Origin: Candidatus Lustribacter sp.
Lineage (GTDB): Bacteria > Vulcanimicrobiota > Vulcanimicrobiia > Vulcanimicrobiales > Vulcanimicrobiaceae
Assembly (NCBI GenBank): GCA_965277805.1
Contig: OZ255842.1
Span: 1,984,001-2,048,000 of the forward strand
Length of the DNA: 64,000 nt
Direction of reading: 5' to 3'
Shown here: positions 19,371 through 27,431 of the stretch, one piece after another
Position numbering within the stretch: position 1 is the first letter of the stretch
Layout of the letters: each line of letters opens with the position of its first letter
Notes under the pieces: model-generated
Seen by the model: only the letters and a program-made list of their open reading frames with translations
Told to the model about the DNA's origin: nothing
Databases searched by the model: none
Position numbers and translations under genes: made by a program

Positions 19371-21409
19371 GCGGTCACCAACAACGCGCGGGCCGCCGCA
19401 ACGTCGTCGATCAAGGCGCGCAGCGCGAGGTGCTCGGGCGCCGCAAGTTCCGGATCTTCCGACACGATCGCTTCGGCCGAACCTTTGGCCTGCATGTAGA
19501 GCGAGAAGTCGTCGACGATGTTCCCGATCGTGTCGTTGGCGCCGGCTTGCGTCGTGCCGGCCAAGACGCCGGCCTTACGCATCCGCAAGTCGGCTTCAGC
19601 CACTTCGAACCCGTCGTTCGTTTCGGCCAGCACGTCGAGCCGCTCGAGGAATTCCTGATTGCCGGACGTCACGAGCACGCACGTCGAGGCGGCCGCACCG
19701 CGTCCGACGCGGCCGCGCAATTGATGCAACGTCGCCAGCCCAAACCGTTCTGCATCCAAAACCACCATCACGCTCGCATTCGGCACGTCGACGCCCACTT
19801 CGATCACGGTCGTTGAAACCAGCACGTCGATCTCACCAGCCTTAAACCTAGCCATGACGGCTTCTTTCTCCTTCGGCGGCATGCGTCCGTGCAGCAACCC
19901 GACGCGCAAATCCGGGAACACCTCGCGCCCGATGTATTCGGCTTCCTTGATCGCGCTGCTCAGTTCGGTTTCGCCGGCCTCGATCGCCGGCACGACGACA
20001 TACGTCTGATGGCCGAGCTTCACGTTCTCGCGCACGAAATCGTAGACGCGCGCTTTGCGGCTGTCGCGAATGACAAAGGTCGCAACCGGCGTGCGCCCCG
20101 GCGGCAGCTCGTCGATGATCGAGACGTCGAGGTCGGCGTACTTCGTCTGCGCGAGCGTGCGCGGAATCGGCGTGGCGGTCAGATAGAGGGTGTGCGGTGC
20201 GAGGCTCTTGGCCCGCAGCTGCGCCCGCTGTTCGACGCCGAAGCGGTGCTGTTCGTCGATGATCACGAGCCCGAGGCGCGCGAACTCCACGTTTTCGGTG
20301 AGCAGCGCGTGCGTGCCGACGGCGAGCCCGGCGGCGCCCGAGGCCAGCCGCTCGCGCGCGTTGCGGCGGTCGCGCACGCCTTGCGAGCCGAAGATCGCCT
20401 CGACCGCGATGCCGAACGGCAGCAGCAGGGGCGCGAGCTTCTGCGCGTGCTGCGCCGCCAGAATTTCGGTGGGCGCCATCAGCGCGCTCTGCAGGCCGCC
20501 CCAGTGCGCGACGACGATCGCGGCGGCCGCGACGAGCGTCTTACCGCTGCCGACGTCGCCTTGCAAGAGCCGGTTCATCGGCGCGGTGCGGCGCATGTCG
20601 CGCGCGATCTGCTCGATGACGCGTGTCTGCGCGCCGGTTGGCGCGAACGGCAATTCCGCTTTGAAGCGCTCGTACCAGTCCGGCGGCGGTTCGATCGGCG
20701 GCGCGCCGCCCGCCGCCTCGCGGCGTGCGCGCTTGAGCGCGGCGGCAAGCGCGATGCCGAAGAATTCCTCGAACACGATGCGGCCGCGGCCGCGTTCCAC
20801 GTCTTCCGGAACGCGCGGCGCGTGCACGCCGAACCACGCTTCGCGCAGCGGCGGGAAGTCGTGCTTGCGTACGAGCGCGGGCGGCAGCGCGTCGACGCGC
20901 GTTGCGATCAGGCGGTCGAGGTTCTTCGCGATCGTGGTGCGGATCGTGCGCGACGGCAGATCCTTCGTTGCGCCGTAGACCGGGACGATCTCGCCCACGT
21001 ACGGCTCGTCGCCGCGCAGTTCGCGGTGCGCGGTGACGTTGATTTCGGGCAACAGGCCGACTCGCGTGACGCGGCCGCTCACGAAGAGCCGGCCGCCGGC
21101 AGCAAAGCGGCCGAAGAGATGGCGGCGGCCGAAGAATTTCGCCGCGATCGCGCCGGTATCGTCGGCGAGCGTCACGGTGACGAGCGGAAAACGGCCGGCG
21201 CGTTCTTTCACGCCCACGATACGGCCGACGACGATCGCTTCGCCTTCGACCAGCGTCGCGATCGCTTGCGGCACCCGCCAGTCTCGGTATGCGCGCGGTA
21301 AATGCGCGAGCAGCTGCTCGGGCGTTTCGATCCCGAGTTCGGCAAACTTCGCCGCCGTCGACGGACCGACGCCGGCTAACCCTGCGAGTGAGTGCTTGTC
21401 GACGGTCAG
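19367..21409 (-). CDS. recG: ATP-dependent DNA helicase RecG
   Basis: QGDVGSGKT, IDEQHRFGV, TATPIPRT, HQLRGRVGRG; N-terminus extends beyond ORF-track start 21274 (LAGVGP..LGIETPEQLLAHLPRAYRDW) to CTG at 21409. Confidence 0.95.
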   Translation of the reverse strand: MTVDKHSLAGLAGVGPSTAAKFAELGIETPEQLLAHLPRAYRDWRVPQAIATLVEGEAIVVGRIVGVKERAGRFPLVTVTLADDTGAIAAKFFGRRHLFGRFAAGGRLFVSGRVTRVGLLPEINVTAHRELRGDEPYVGEIVPVYGATKDLPSRTIRTTIAKNLDRLIATRVDALPPALVRKHDFPPLREAWFGVHAPRVPEDVERGRGRIVFEEFFGIALAAALKRARREAAGGAPPIEPPPDWYERFKAELPFAPTGAQTRVIEQIARDMRRTAPMNRLLQGDVGSGKTLVAAAAIVVAHWGGLQSALMAPTEILAAQHAQKLAPLLLPFGIAVEAIFGSQGVRDRRNARERLASGAAGLAVGTHALLTENVEFARLGLVIIDEQHRFGVEQRAQLRAKSLAPHTLYLTATPIPRTLAQTKYADLDVSIIDELPPGRTPVATFVIRDSRKARVYDFVRENVKLGHQTYVVVPAIEAGETELSSAIKEAEYIGREVFPDLRVGLLHGRMPPKEKEAVMARFKAGEIDVLVSTTVIEVGVDVPNASVMVVLDAERFGLATLHQLRGRVGRGAAASTCVLVTSGNQEFLERLDVLAETNDGFEVAEADLRMRKAGVLAGTTQAGANDTIGNIVDDFSLYMQAKGSAEAIVSEDPELAAPEHLALRALIDDVAAARALLVTA

Positions 21410-22053
21410 CCCGCAGCGCGCCGCGCGAGTTCGTCGCCGATCTCGTCGAGCGTGACTTTACGTTCCGCCAGCAGCACCAGCGAGTGATAGAGCAAATCGC
21501 TCATCTCCCAGACGAGTTCGGCTTTGTCTTCGTTCTTCGCCGCGATCACGACCTCGGTCGCTTCTTCGCCGATTTTCTTGGCGATGCGATCGACGCCGCC
21601 TTCGAAGAGCTTCGCCGTGTAACTGCCTTCGGGCGGGTTCGTGTGGCGGTCGGCAATCGTGCTCGAAAGCGCGAGCATCGCCTCGGCGAAGTGCGCGCCG
21701 TTGGGCGTCGCTTCGGCGCCCGCGAGCGGGACGACTTCGGTGAAACACGTCGGCGCGCCGGTATGACAGGCCGGCCCATCGGGAATCACCCGGTAGAGTA
21801 ACGCGTCGTTATCGCAATCGATCGCCACCGCCACTACCTGCTGGGTGTTCCCCGACGTCGCGCCTTTATTCCAGAGTTCCGCGCGCGAGCGGCTGTAAAG
21901 CCAGGTGGATTTCGAAGCCAACGTCTTTTCCAACGCCTCGCGATTGGCGTAGGCGAGCGTCAACACGGCGTTCGTGCGCGCGTCGACGATCACTACCGGT
22001 GCGAGGCCGTCACCGTTCCATTTCACAGTCGACAGAAGTGCTGCGGCTTCCAC
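21406..22053 (-). CDS. hisIE: Bifunctional phosphoribosyl-AMP cyclohydrolase / phosphoribosyl-ATP pyrophosphatase
   Basis: WNKGATSGN, DCDNDAL, GPACHTG, KKIGEEATEV, DLLYH; GTG overlaps hisF stop (TAGTG). Confidence 0.96.
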   Translation of the reverse strand: MEAAALLSTVKWNGDGLAPVVIVDARTNAVLTLAYANREALEKTLASKSTWLYSRSRAELWNKGATSGNTQQVVAVAIDCDNDALLYRVIPDGPACHTGAPTCFTEVVPLAGAEATPNGAHFAEAMLALSSTIADRHTNPPEGSYTAKLFEGGVDRIAKKIGEEATEVVIAAKNEDKAELVWEMSDLLYHSLVLLAERKVTLDEIGDELARRAAG

Positions 22054-22823
22054 TAGACGGCCACCGCTTCTAGCCGCACCGGGATATGGTGCGCGGCGAG
22101 TTCGCGTTTCACGTCGACGATCGCGAGCTCGCCGTAGTGGAAGAGCGTCGCCGCGAGCGCCGCATCGCTGCCGGTCTCTTCGAACACCTCGACAAAGTCG
22201 GCCTTCGTGCCCGCGCCGCCCGAGGCGATGATCGGCAGGTTGACGGCGGCGCGCATTGCGCGCAAGAGCGGCAGATCGAAGCCCGCCTTCGTGCCGTCGC
22301 GATCGATGCTGGTGACGAGCAGCTCGCCCGCGCCGCGCCGCTCGGCTTCTTGCGCCCACGCGATCGCGTCACGGCCGGTCGGCGTGCGGCCGCCGTCGAC
22401 CACCACTTCGAAATCACCGTCGACCGTACGCACGTCGATCGCGACGACGACGCATTGCGCGCCGAAGCGGTGCGCGGCTTCGTCGATCAGGCCGGGACTG
22501 CGCAGCGCCGCCGAGTTGATGCTGACCTTGTCGCAGCCGGCGCGCAGCAGATCGTTCATGTCCTCGACGGTCTTCACGCCGCCGCCGACCGCGAACGGGA
22601 TCGTCAGCTCGGCCGCAACCGCGCGCACCACGGCCAGGGTGGCCTTGCGCCCTTCGACCGTCGCCGTGATGTCGAGGAAGACCAGCTCATCGGCGCCTTC
22701 GTGCTCGTAGCGGCGCGCGAGTTCGACCGGATCGCCGGCATCGGCGAGTTCGACGAACTTGATGCCTTTGACGACGCGGCCTTCTTTGATATCGAGACAG
22801 GGGACGATCCGGCGGACGAGCAT
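22053..22823 (-). CDS. hisF: Imidazole glycerol phosphate synthase cyclase subunit
   Basis: [39 protein letters not shown]. Confidence 0.97.
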   Translation of the reverse strand: MLVRRIVPCLDIKEGRVVKGIKFVELADAGDPVELARRYEHEGADELVFLDITATVEGRKATLAVVRAVAAELTIPFAVGGGVKTVEDMNDLLRAGCDKVSINSAALRSPGLIDEAAHRFGAQCVVVAIDVRTVDGDFEVVVDGGRTPTGRDAIAWAQEAERRGAGELLVTSIDRDGTKAGFDLPLLRAMRAAVNLPIIASGGAGTKADFVEVFEETGSDAALAATLFHYGELAIVDVKRELAAHHIPVRLEAVAV

Positions 22824-22833
22824 GGGTCTTTCT

Positions 22834-24216
22834 TTAGCGCTGCGGCGCGGCTTCCATGGTGGAGAACCCGGTATTGGTGCCGTCCTCATGCGCGAGGACG
22901 GTCATCGCGAGAATCGCCAGGTCGTCGGCGATCGAGCCCCCGTAGCGCCGTTCGGCCTCGGCCAGCAACACGTCGCAAATGCCTTGAGCGTCCAGCGGCG
23001 CCGCTGCCAGCAACGCCGAGACACCGTCGTCGCCCAAAAAGGTTCCGCTCGCGTCGCGCGACTCCGTGAGGCCGTCGGTCGCCAAGACGACGGTCGAGCC
23101 GACCGGCAGTTCGACGGTTCCGACGCCGAAGGTGCTGTCCGGACCGAGACCCACGATCGGTCCGGTCGGCGGCAGCTGCTCCACCGTGGCCCCGCGCCGC
23201 ACGAACGCGGTCGAATGGCCCGCACCCACGTAGCGCAGCGTGTGCGTGCGGGCATCGAACCGGCCGAGGAAGAGCACGACGAAGATGCCCGGGTCGTCGA
23301 ACGTATCGAGGAAGATCCGGTTGAAGCGCTGGACGACCACGCCCGGATCGTCGCGCTCTGCCGCAAGTGCGCGCAGCGCATACTGCACGAAGGCCGCATG
23401 GCGCGCGGCCTGGATGCCTTTGCCGCTGGCGTCGGCGATCAAAAACCAGCCCGTCTCCGGGCCGTCGCGCCAGGTGTCGAGCAGATCGCCGCCTACCAGC
23501 GCTTCGGCCGTCGCGGAGAGGTAGGCGTAACCGATCTCCGTGCGCGGCAGACGCGTGCCGCCCACGCGCAACGTCTGCTGCAACGCGCCGACGAGCGAAC
23601 GTTCGCGCTCCAAACGCTGTTCCGCCGTGGCGCGCGCGAGGCCGAGAATGACGGCCGCAAAAGCAAATAGCGCGACGATGCCGGCGCTGACGCCGACCGT
23701 GAGATTGATCGTGGAGCGCAACTGCGCTTCTTGACGCAGGCTCGCAACGGCCAGCGTATCGCGTAATTGCTGCGAGGAAGCGCGCAGCTGATCGGTCAGC
23801 AATTTCCCGTACGTTTGAACCGGCAGCGCGTCGCGGCGCCCCGGATCGCGCAGCAGCGGAAGGGCGACCTGGCGTTCCCACCGGTCGTGAGTCCGCTTGA
23901 TGTCGAGCACGACCGGGGCCGCCTCGGGGACGCCCGCCGCCGTCACGGCCTGCACGAGTTTCTCGACGGCCTGGTCGAACTGCGGGTTCGGCGGACCGTC
24001 GGGGTCGAGAAAATACTTGTCACGCGTCGAGACGAAACCGCGCAAGCCGGTTTCTTCGGAGAGCTGCTCGCGAAAGATTGCGTCGACGCCTTCGCGGGCG
24101 GCCGCGAGCCGCACTTGCGCGTTGGACTCGGCATCCAGCTGACGCACGCCCAATACGGGTCCGACTACTGCGACGGCCACGAAGGCCGCCAGCAGGAGCA
24201 GGATTGGAGGCGACAC
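22834..24216 (-). CDS. Membrane sensor CHASE3-like / PP2C (SpoIIE/RsbU) phosphatase
   Basis: Two TM segments around [40 protein letters not shown]; start uncertain (GTG 24216 inside tRNA-Cys, or GTG 24180). Confidence 0.85.
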   Translation of the reverse strand: MSPPILLLLAAFVAVAVVGPVLGVRQLDAESNAQVRLAAAREGVDAIFREQLSEETGLRGFVSTRDKYFLDPDGPPNPQFDQAVEKLVQAVTAAGVPEAAPVVLDIKRTHDRWERQVALPLLRDPGRRDALPVQTYGKLLTDQLRASSQQLRDTLAVASLRQEAQLRSTINLTVGVSAGIVALFAFAAVILGLARATAEQRLERERSLVGALQQTLRVGGTRLPRTEIGYAYLSATAEALVGGDLLDTWRDGPETGWFLIADASGKGIQAARHAAFVQYALRALAAERDDPGVVVQRFNRIFLDTFDDPGIFVVLFLGRFDARTHTLRYVGAGHSTAFVRRGATVEQLPPTGPIVGLGPDSTFGVGTVELPVGSTVVLATDGLTESRDASGTFLGDDGVSALLAAAPLDAQGICDVLLAEAERRYGGSIADDLAILAMTVLAHEDGTNTGFSTMEAAPQR

Positions 24217-24278
24217 CCAGATTCGAACTGGGGATGGAGCTTTTGCAGAGCTCTGCCTTACCACTTGGCTATGTCGCC
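24205..24278 (-). tRNA. tRNA-Cys(GCA)
   Basis: GGCGACATAGCCAAGTGGTAAGGCAGAGCTCTGCAAAAGCTCCATCCCCAGTTCGAATCTGGGTGTCGCCTCCA; cloverleaf, encoded CCA. Confidence 0.97.
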
Positions 24279-24283
24279 GATCC

Positions 24284-24357
24284 TGGAGCGGGTGGCGGGA
24301 ATCGAACCCGCGCGTCAACCTTGGGAAGGTCGCAGGCTACCATTACATCACACCCGC
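24284..24357 (-). tRNA. tRNA-Gly(CCC)
   Basis: GCGGGTGTGATGTAATGGTAGCCTGCGACCTTCCCAAGGTTGACGCGCGGGTTCGATTCCCGCCACCCGCTCCA; cloverleaf, encoded CCA. Confidence 0.97.
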
Positions 24358-24476
24358 GTTTCCGGACCAACGTCCAGCGGTTCGCGCGTTTCACTGACGG
24401 TCCTTTGCTCGGCTAAAATGCCCTCGCCTCCGGCCGAGAGCAGTGGAAACGGTCGACTTCGCGAACGAAACGGCCC

Positions 24477-25253
24477 GTGATACGCATGGCGGTCGTGCTG
24501 GCGGCTGCGATCCTCGTCGCGTTCATCCTGCTACCGCTCACGGGCCTCTTCTTCCATTTACAGCCCGGCGATATCATCGCTGCCCTGCAGACCACTGCAG
24601 CGCAACAGGCGTTGCGTCTGAGCATCATTACGACGCTCTGCTCGCTTGCTATCACCCTGGGCCTGGGCACGCCGCTTGCGTACGTTCTCGCACGCAGCAA
24701 CTTCCCGTTTCGCTCGCTCGTCGACGCGATCGTCGATTTGCCGATCGTCGCGCCGCCCGCCGTGGCCGGTCTCGCGCTCCTCCTGGCCTTCGGCCGAAAT
24801 GGCACGTTCGGCCCGCTCCTCGGCACACTCGGCATCTCGCTTTCGTTTAGTACGATCGCCGTCATCATGGCGCAGACGTTTGTCGCTTCGCCGTTCTACG
24901 TGCGCTCCGCGCGGGCCGGCTTCATCGCGACGGACCGCACCCTCGAAGCCGCCTCCGCGAGCCTCGGCATGGGTCCGCTGCGCACCTTCGCCTTCATCAC
25001 GATTCCGCTGGCCGCGCCCGCCCTGATCGGCGGCGCCGTGCTATCGTGGGCGCGCGCGCTCGGCGAGTTCGGCGCGACGATCATGTTTGCGGGCAATCTG
25101 CAAGGCGTCTCGCAAACGCTACCACTGGCGGTGTACCTCAACCTCGAAAGCGGCAATCTCCCGGTTGCGGTCGTGCTCTCGGTCATCCTCATTCTCTTCA
25201 GCCTCGTCGTCGTCGTCGCGGTGCAAGCGTCGGCGGAACGCCGCCCGGTCTGA
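24477..25253 (+). CDS. modB: Molybdate ABC transporter permease
   Basis: DLPIVAPPAVAG, LEAASASLG, WARALGEFGATIMFAGN. Confidence 0.88.
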   Translation: MIRMAVVLAAAILVAFILLPLTGLFFHLQPGDIIAALQTTAAQQALRLSIITTLCSLAITLGLGTPLAYVLARSNFPFRSLVDAIVDLPIVAPPAVAGLALLLAFGRNGTFGPLLGTLGISLSFSTIAVIMAQTFVASPFYVRSARAGFIATDRTLEAASASLGMGPLRTFAFITIPLAAPALIGGAVLSWARALGEFGATIMFAGNLQGVSQTLPLAVYLNLESGNLPVAVVLSVILILFSLVVVVAVQASAERRPV

Positions 25254-25903
25254 TGCTGACGTTCGACCTGCATATGGAACTGCGCGAATTTTCATTCGAC
25301 GCAACGGGCGAAGCGCCGAACGGCGTGACCGTCGTCGAAGGTCCGAGCGGTGCGGGAAAGACAACGTTGCTGCGTTTGCTCGCCGGATTGATCCGTCCGA
25401 AAACGGGCACGGTCGCCCTCGGGGGACGAACGCTCACCGACACCGCGCAACGGCTGTTCGTGCCGCCCGCAAAACGCAACATCGCGATCCTCTTTCAGGA
25501 ATACGCGCTCTTCCCGCACTACGACGTCGCAGGCAATGTGGAGTACGGCTTGCGCGCGCGCAACGTCCCGAAGGAAGAACGTCGGGAACGCGTGATGCGC
25601 GAACTGCAGCGGCTCGACATCGGAACGCTCGCGCGCGCGCGCGTCACCGAACTCTCCGGCGGTCAGCGGCAGCGCGTCGCGCTCGCGCGCGCGCTCGTTG
25701 TGAAACCGGCCGCGCTGCTGCTCGACGAACCACTCGCCGCGCTCGACGTCGCGACGCGCAAGCTGGTGCGCGGCGAGCTCGCAACGATGCTCAAGCAAGT
25801 GAACGTGCCGACGCTTTTCGTCAGCCACGATCCGGGTGCTCGCCAGCTTTTCCCCGGCCCGGCGTTCCACATCGAACGCGGCACGCTCACGCAACTTCCG
25901 TAA
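25253..25903 (+). CDS. modC: Molybdate ABC transporter ATP-binding protein (short)
   Basis: GPSGAGKT, FQEYALFPH, LSGGQRQR, LLDEP; TGATG coupling to modB. Confidence 0.82.
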   Translation: MLTFDLHMELREFSFDATGEAPNGVTVVEGPSGAGKTTLLRLLAGLIRPKTGTVALGGRTLTDTAQRLFVPPAKRNIAILFQEYALFPHYDVAGNVEYGLRARNVPKEERRERVMRELQRLDIGTLARARVTELSGGQRQRVALARALVVKPAALLLDEPLAALDVATRKLVRGELATMLKQVNVPTLFVSHDPGARQLFPGPAFHIERGTLTQLP

Positions 25904-25925
25904 CCGCACGACGGTAGGTACGAGG

Positions 25926-26114
25926 GTGAAGTTGCTGCTCGAGATCCTGCTCTCGATCTTTCTCCACCCGATCGCCGCGGTGCTGATGTGGATCAACCTG
26001 TTCGCCCGCACCGACCTCAACGATGCGCAGAAACTCATTTGGGCGATCACCGGCATCCTATGGGGCGTCGGCCCGATACTCTACTTCCTCGTCGGCGGGG
26101 GCGAGCTCTGGTAG
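25926..26114 (+). CDS. Small two-TM membrane protein (PLDc N-terminal-like)
   Basis: GTG after GAGG; ..RTDLNDAQKLIWAITGILWGVGPILYFLVG. Confidence 0.7.
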   Translation: MKLLLEILLSIFLHPIAAVLMWINLFARTDLNDAQKLIWAITGILWGVGPILYFLVGGGELW

Positions 26115-26121
26115 CTCGCAG

Positions 26122-26640
26122 TTAGGGCGCGGAACTGCTCCGCGCGCGCGGCTGAAGTCCGCGCATTTGCCGCGCCGACATCGAGATCATCAGCAAGAAA
26201 CGCCCGGCCGACGGCGGCCCGAAGCGTCCGCCTCCGGGCGGTCCCCCCGGCGGCGGTCCGGCTCCGGGCGGCGGACCGCCGGGCGGCGGGCCACCCGCAC
26301 TGCCCATCGCGGCACGCATGGCCTCGCGCGCCTTGGTCATCGCGGCAAGCACGGCTTTCTGCTCGTCGGGCGTGAGCAGCGCGTCGATTTGCCCGCTCGC
26401 CGCACGCCGGTCGAGCGTCCCCGCCGCAACTTGCGCGACGATCGCGTTCACGCTCGCCGCATGCGCCGGCGTGAGCGCCCCGTACGCGGCGCTCTTGGCA
26501 TCGGCGCGCACCTTCTCCAGCGCCGCCTGCTGCTGCGGCGTGGGCGGCCCGCCCATGCCGGGTGGACCTTGCTGGGCGAACGCGCCGGCCGGCACGGCAA
26601 GCAGCAAGCCGAGAGAACAGAGCATCCACAAGCGCTTCAT
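26122..26640 (-). CDS. Secreted hypothetical protein, Spy/CpxP-like LTxxQ motif with Gly/Pro tracts
   Basis: Signal MKRLWMLCSLGLLLAVPAGAFA; LLTPDEQKA. Confidence 0.7.
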   Translation of the reverse strand: MKRLWMLCSLGLLLAVPAGAFAQQGPPGMGGPPTPQQQAALEKVRADAKSAAYGALTPAHAASVNAIVAQVAAGTLDRRAASGQIDALLTPDEQKAVLAAMTKAREAMRAAMGSAGGPPPGGPPPGAGPPPGGPPGGGRFGPPSAGRFLLMISMSARQMRGLQPRARSSSAP

Positions 26641-26754
26641 GCCACGCACATTACTCCGCCTACCGTAAAGCATCCTGAGAACGTGCTTAGAACGCAAAGC
26701 CGCCCCTCCCCCGCAGCCCGGTATCTCCCGATCGGAGCCGCGGCGCGGTGAGCG

Positions 26755-26979
26755 TCACGCGCGTTCGCGAACGACGTTCTCGGTCACGCTCTTGATGAGG
26801 TTTTCGATTTGGGTGATACGCTCGCGGTTGATCGTTCGCCGATTGTAATTTTCGGTAGAAAGCACGTAGCCTGACTGCTCGCTCTTCGACAATTCGACGT
26901 TCTCCGCGCTCATGGCGTAGAGTTGGCAGGCCAGATCGCGCAAGATTGCGTGGAGTTGGTGACGCTCGAAGTCATCCAT
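26755..26979 (-). CDS. Small hypothetical protein
   Basis: MDDFERHQLHAILRDLACQLY..; protein-like composition. Confidence 0.5.
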   Translation of the reverse strand: MDDFERHQLHAILRDLACQLYAMSAENVELSKSEQSGYVLSTENYNRRTINRERITQIENLIKSVTENVVRERA

Positions 26980-27050
26980 TGGTACGACAAGCGCTCGCTT
27001 GACGAGCTGATGCACAAACAGAACTAATTTCTCCGCTCCGGTACGCTAGC

Positions 27051-27290
27051 CTACGCCGCGGAAAAGCGCCTGTCGGTACGCTCGCTGACCGCGGCGTCCT
27101 CCAGCGTACCAAAGAGTTTGTATGTGCTCGGAGCAGGGTACACGTCATTGGTGCATGCGAGTGATCCAGTCACTGGCATGCCTATGTGTGTAACTTCGTC
27201 TCCGCGGGAGACGATGTGAAGTGAGTAAACGTTGCGAGAGCAGCGACTATCGAACACGCCGGCACTTACAAGGCGCCGGGAACTTGGCAT
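27051..27290 (-). CDS. Possible small hypothetical protein (79 aa), or structured RNA
   Basis: GAGGA RBS before ATG 27290 (MPSSRRLVSAG..); region also dense in hairpins. Confidence 0.3.
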   Translation of the reverse strand: MPSSRRLVSAGVFDSRCSRNVYSLHIVSRGDEVTHIGMPVTGSLACTNDVYPAPSTYKLFGTLEDAAVSERTDRRFSAA

Positions 27291-27431
27291 TGAGATCCTC
27301 AGGCCGCGCGCCGTGGAACTCCTTGCGCGCTCGAGCTTTGCGCCGGTCCGGATGACCTGTGCGGCGCTCGGCGTTGCTTGCGGGAACATCGAGCCTGCCC
27401 GCGGCCGCGCGCCGGCGTTGGTCTAGCCGCG

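Noticed and set aside
19889..21301. 470-aa plus-strand ORF
   Set aside because: Shadow of recG in high-GC DNA
24205..24357. tRNA pair as an active integration site
   Set aside because: No integrase and no duplicated tRNA 3' end seen in the window
26215..26300. GGCGGC/CCG tandem repeats
   Set aside because: Coding low-complexity GGPPP tract, not an array
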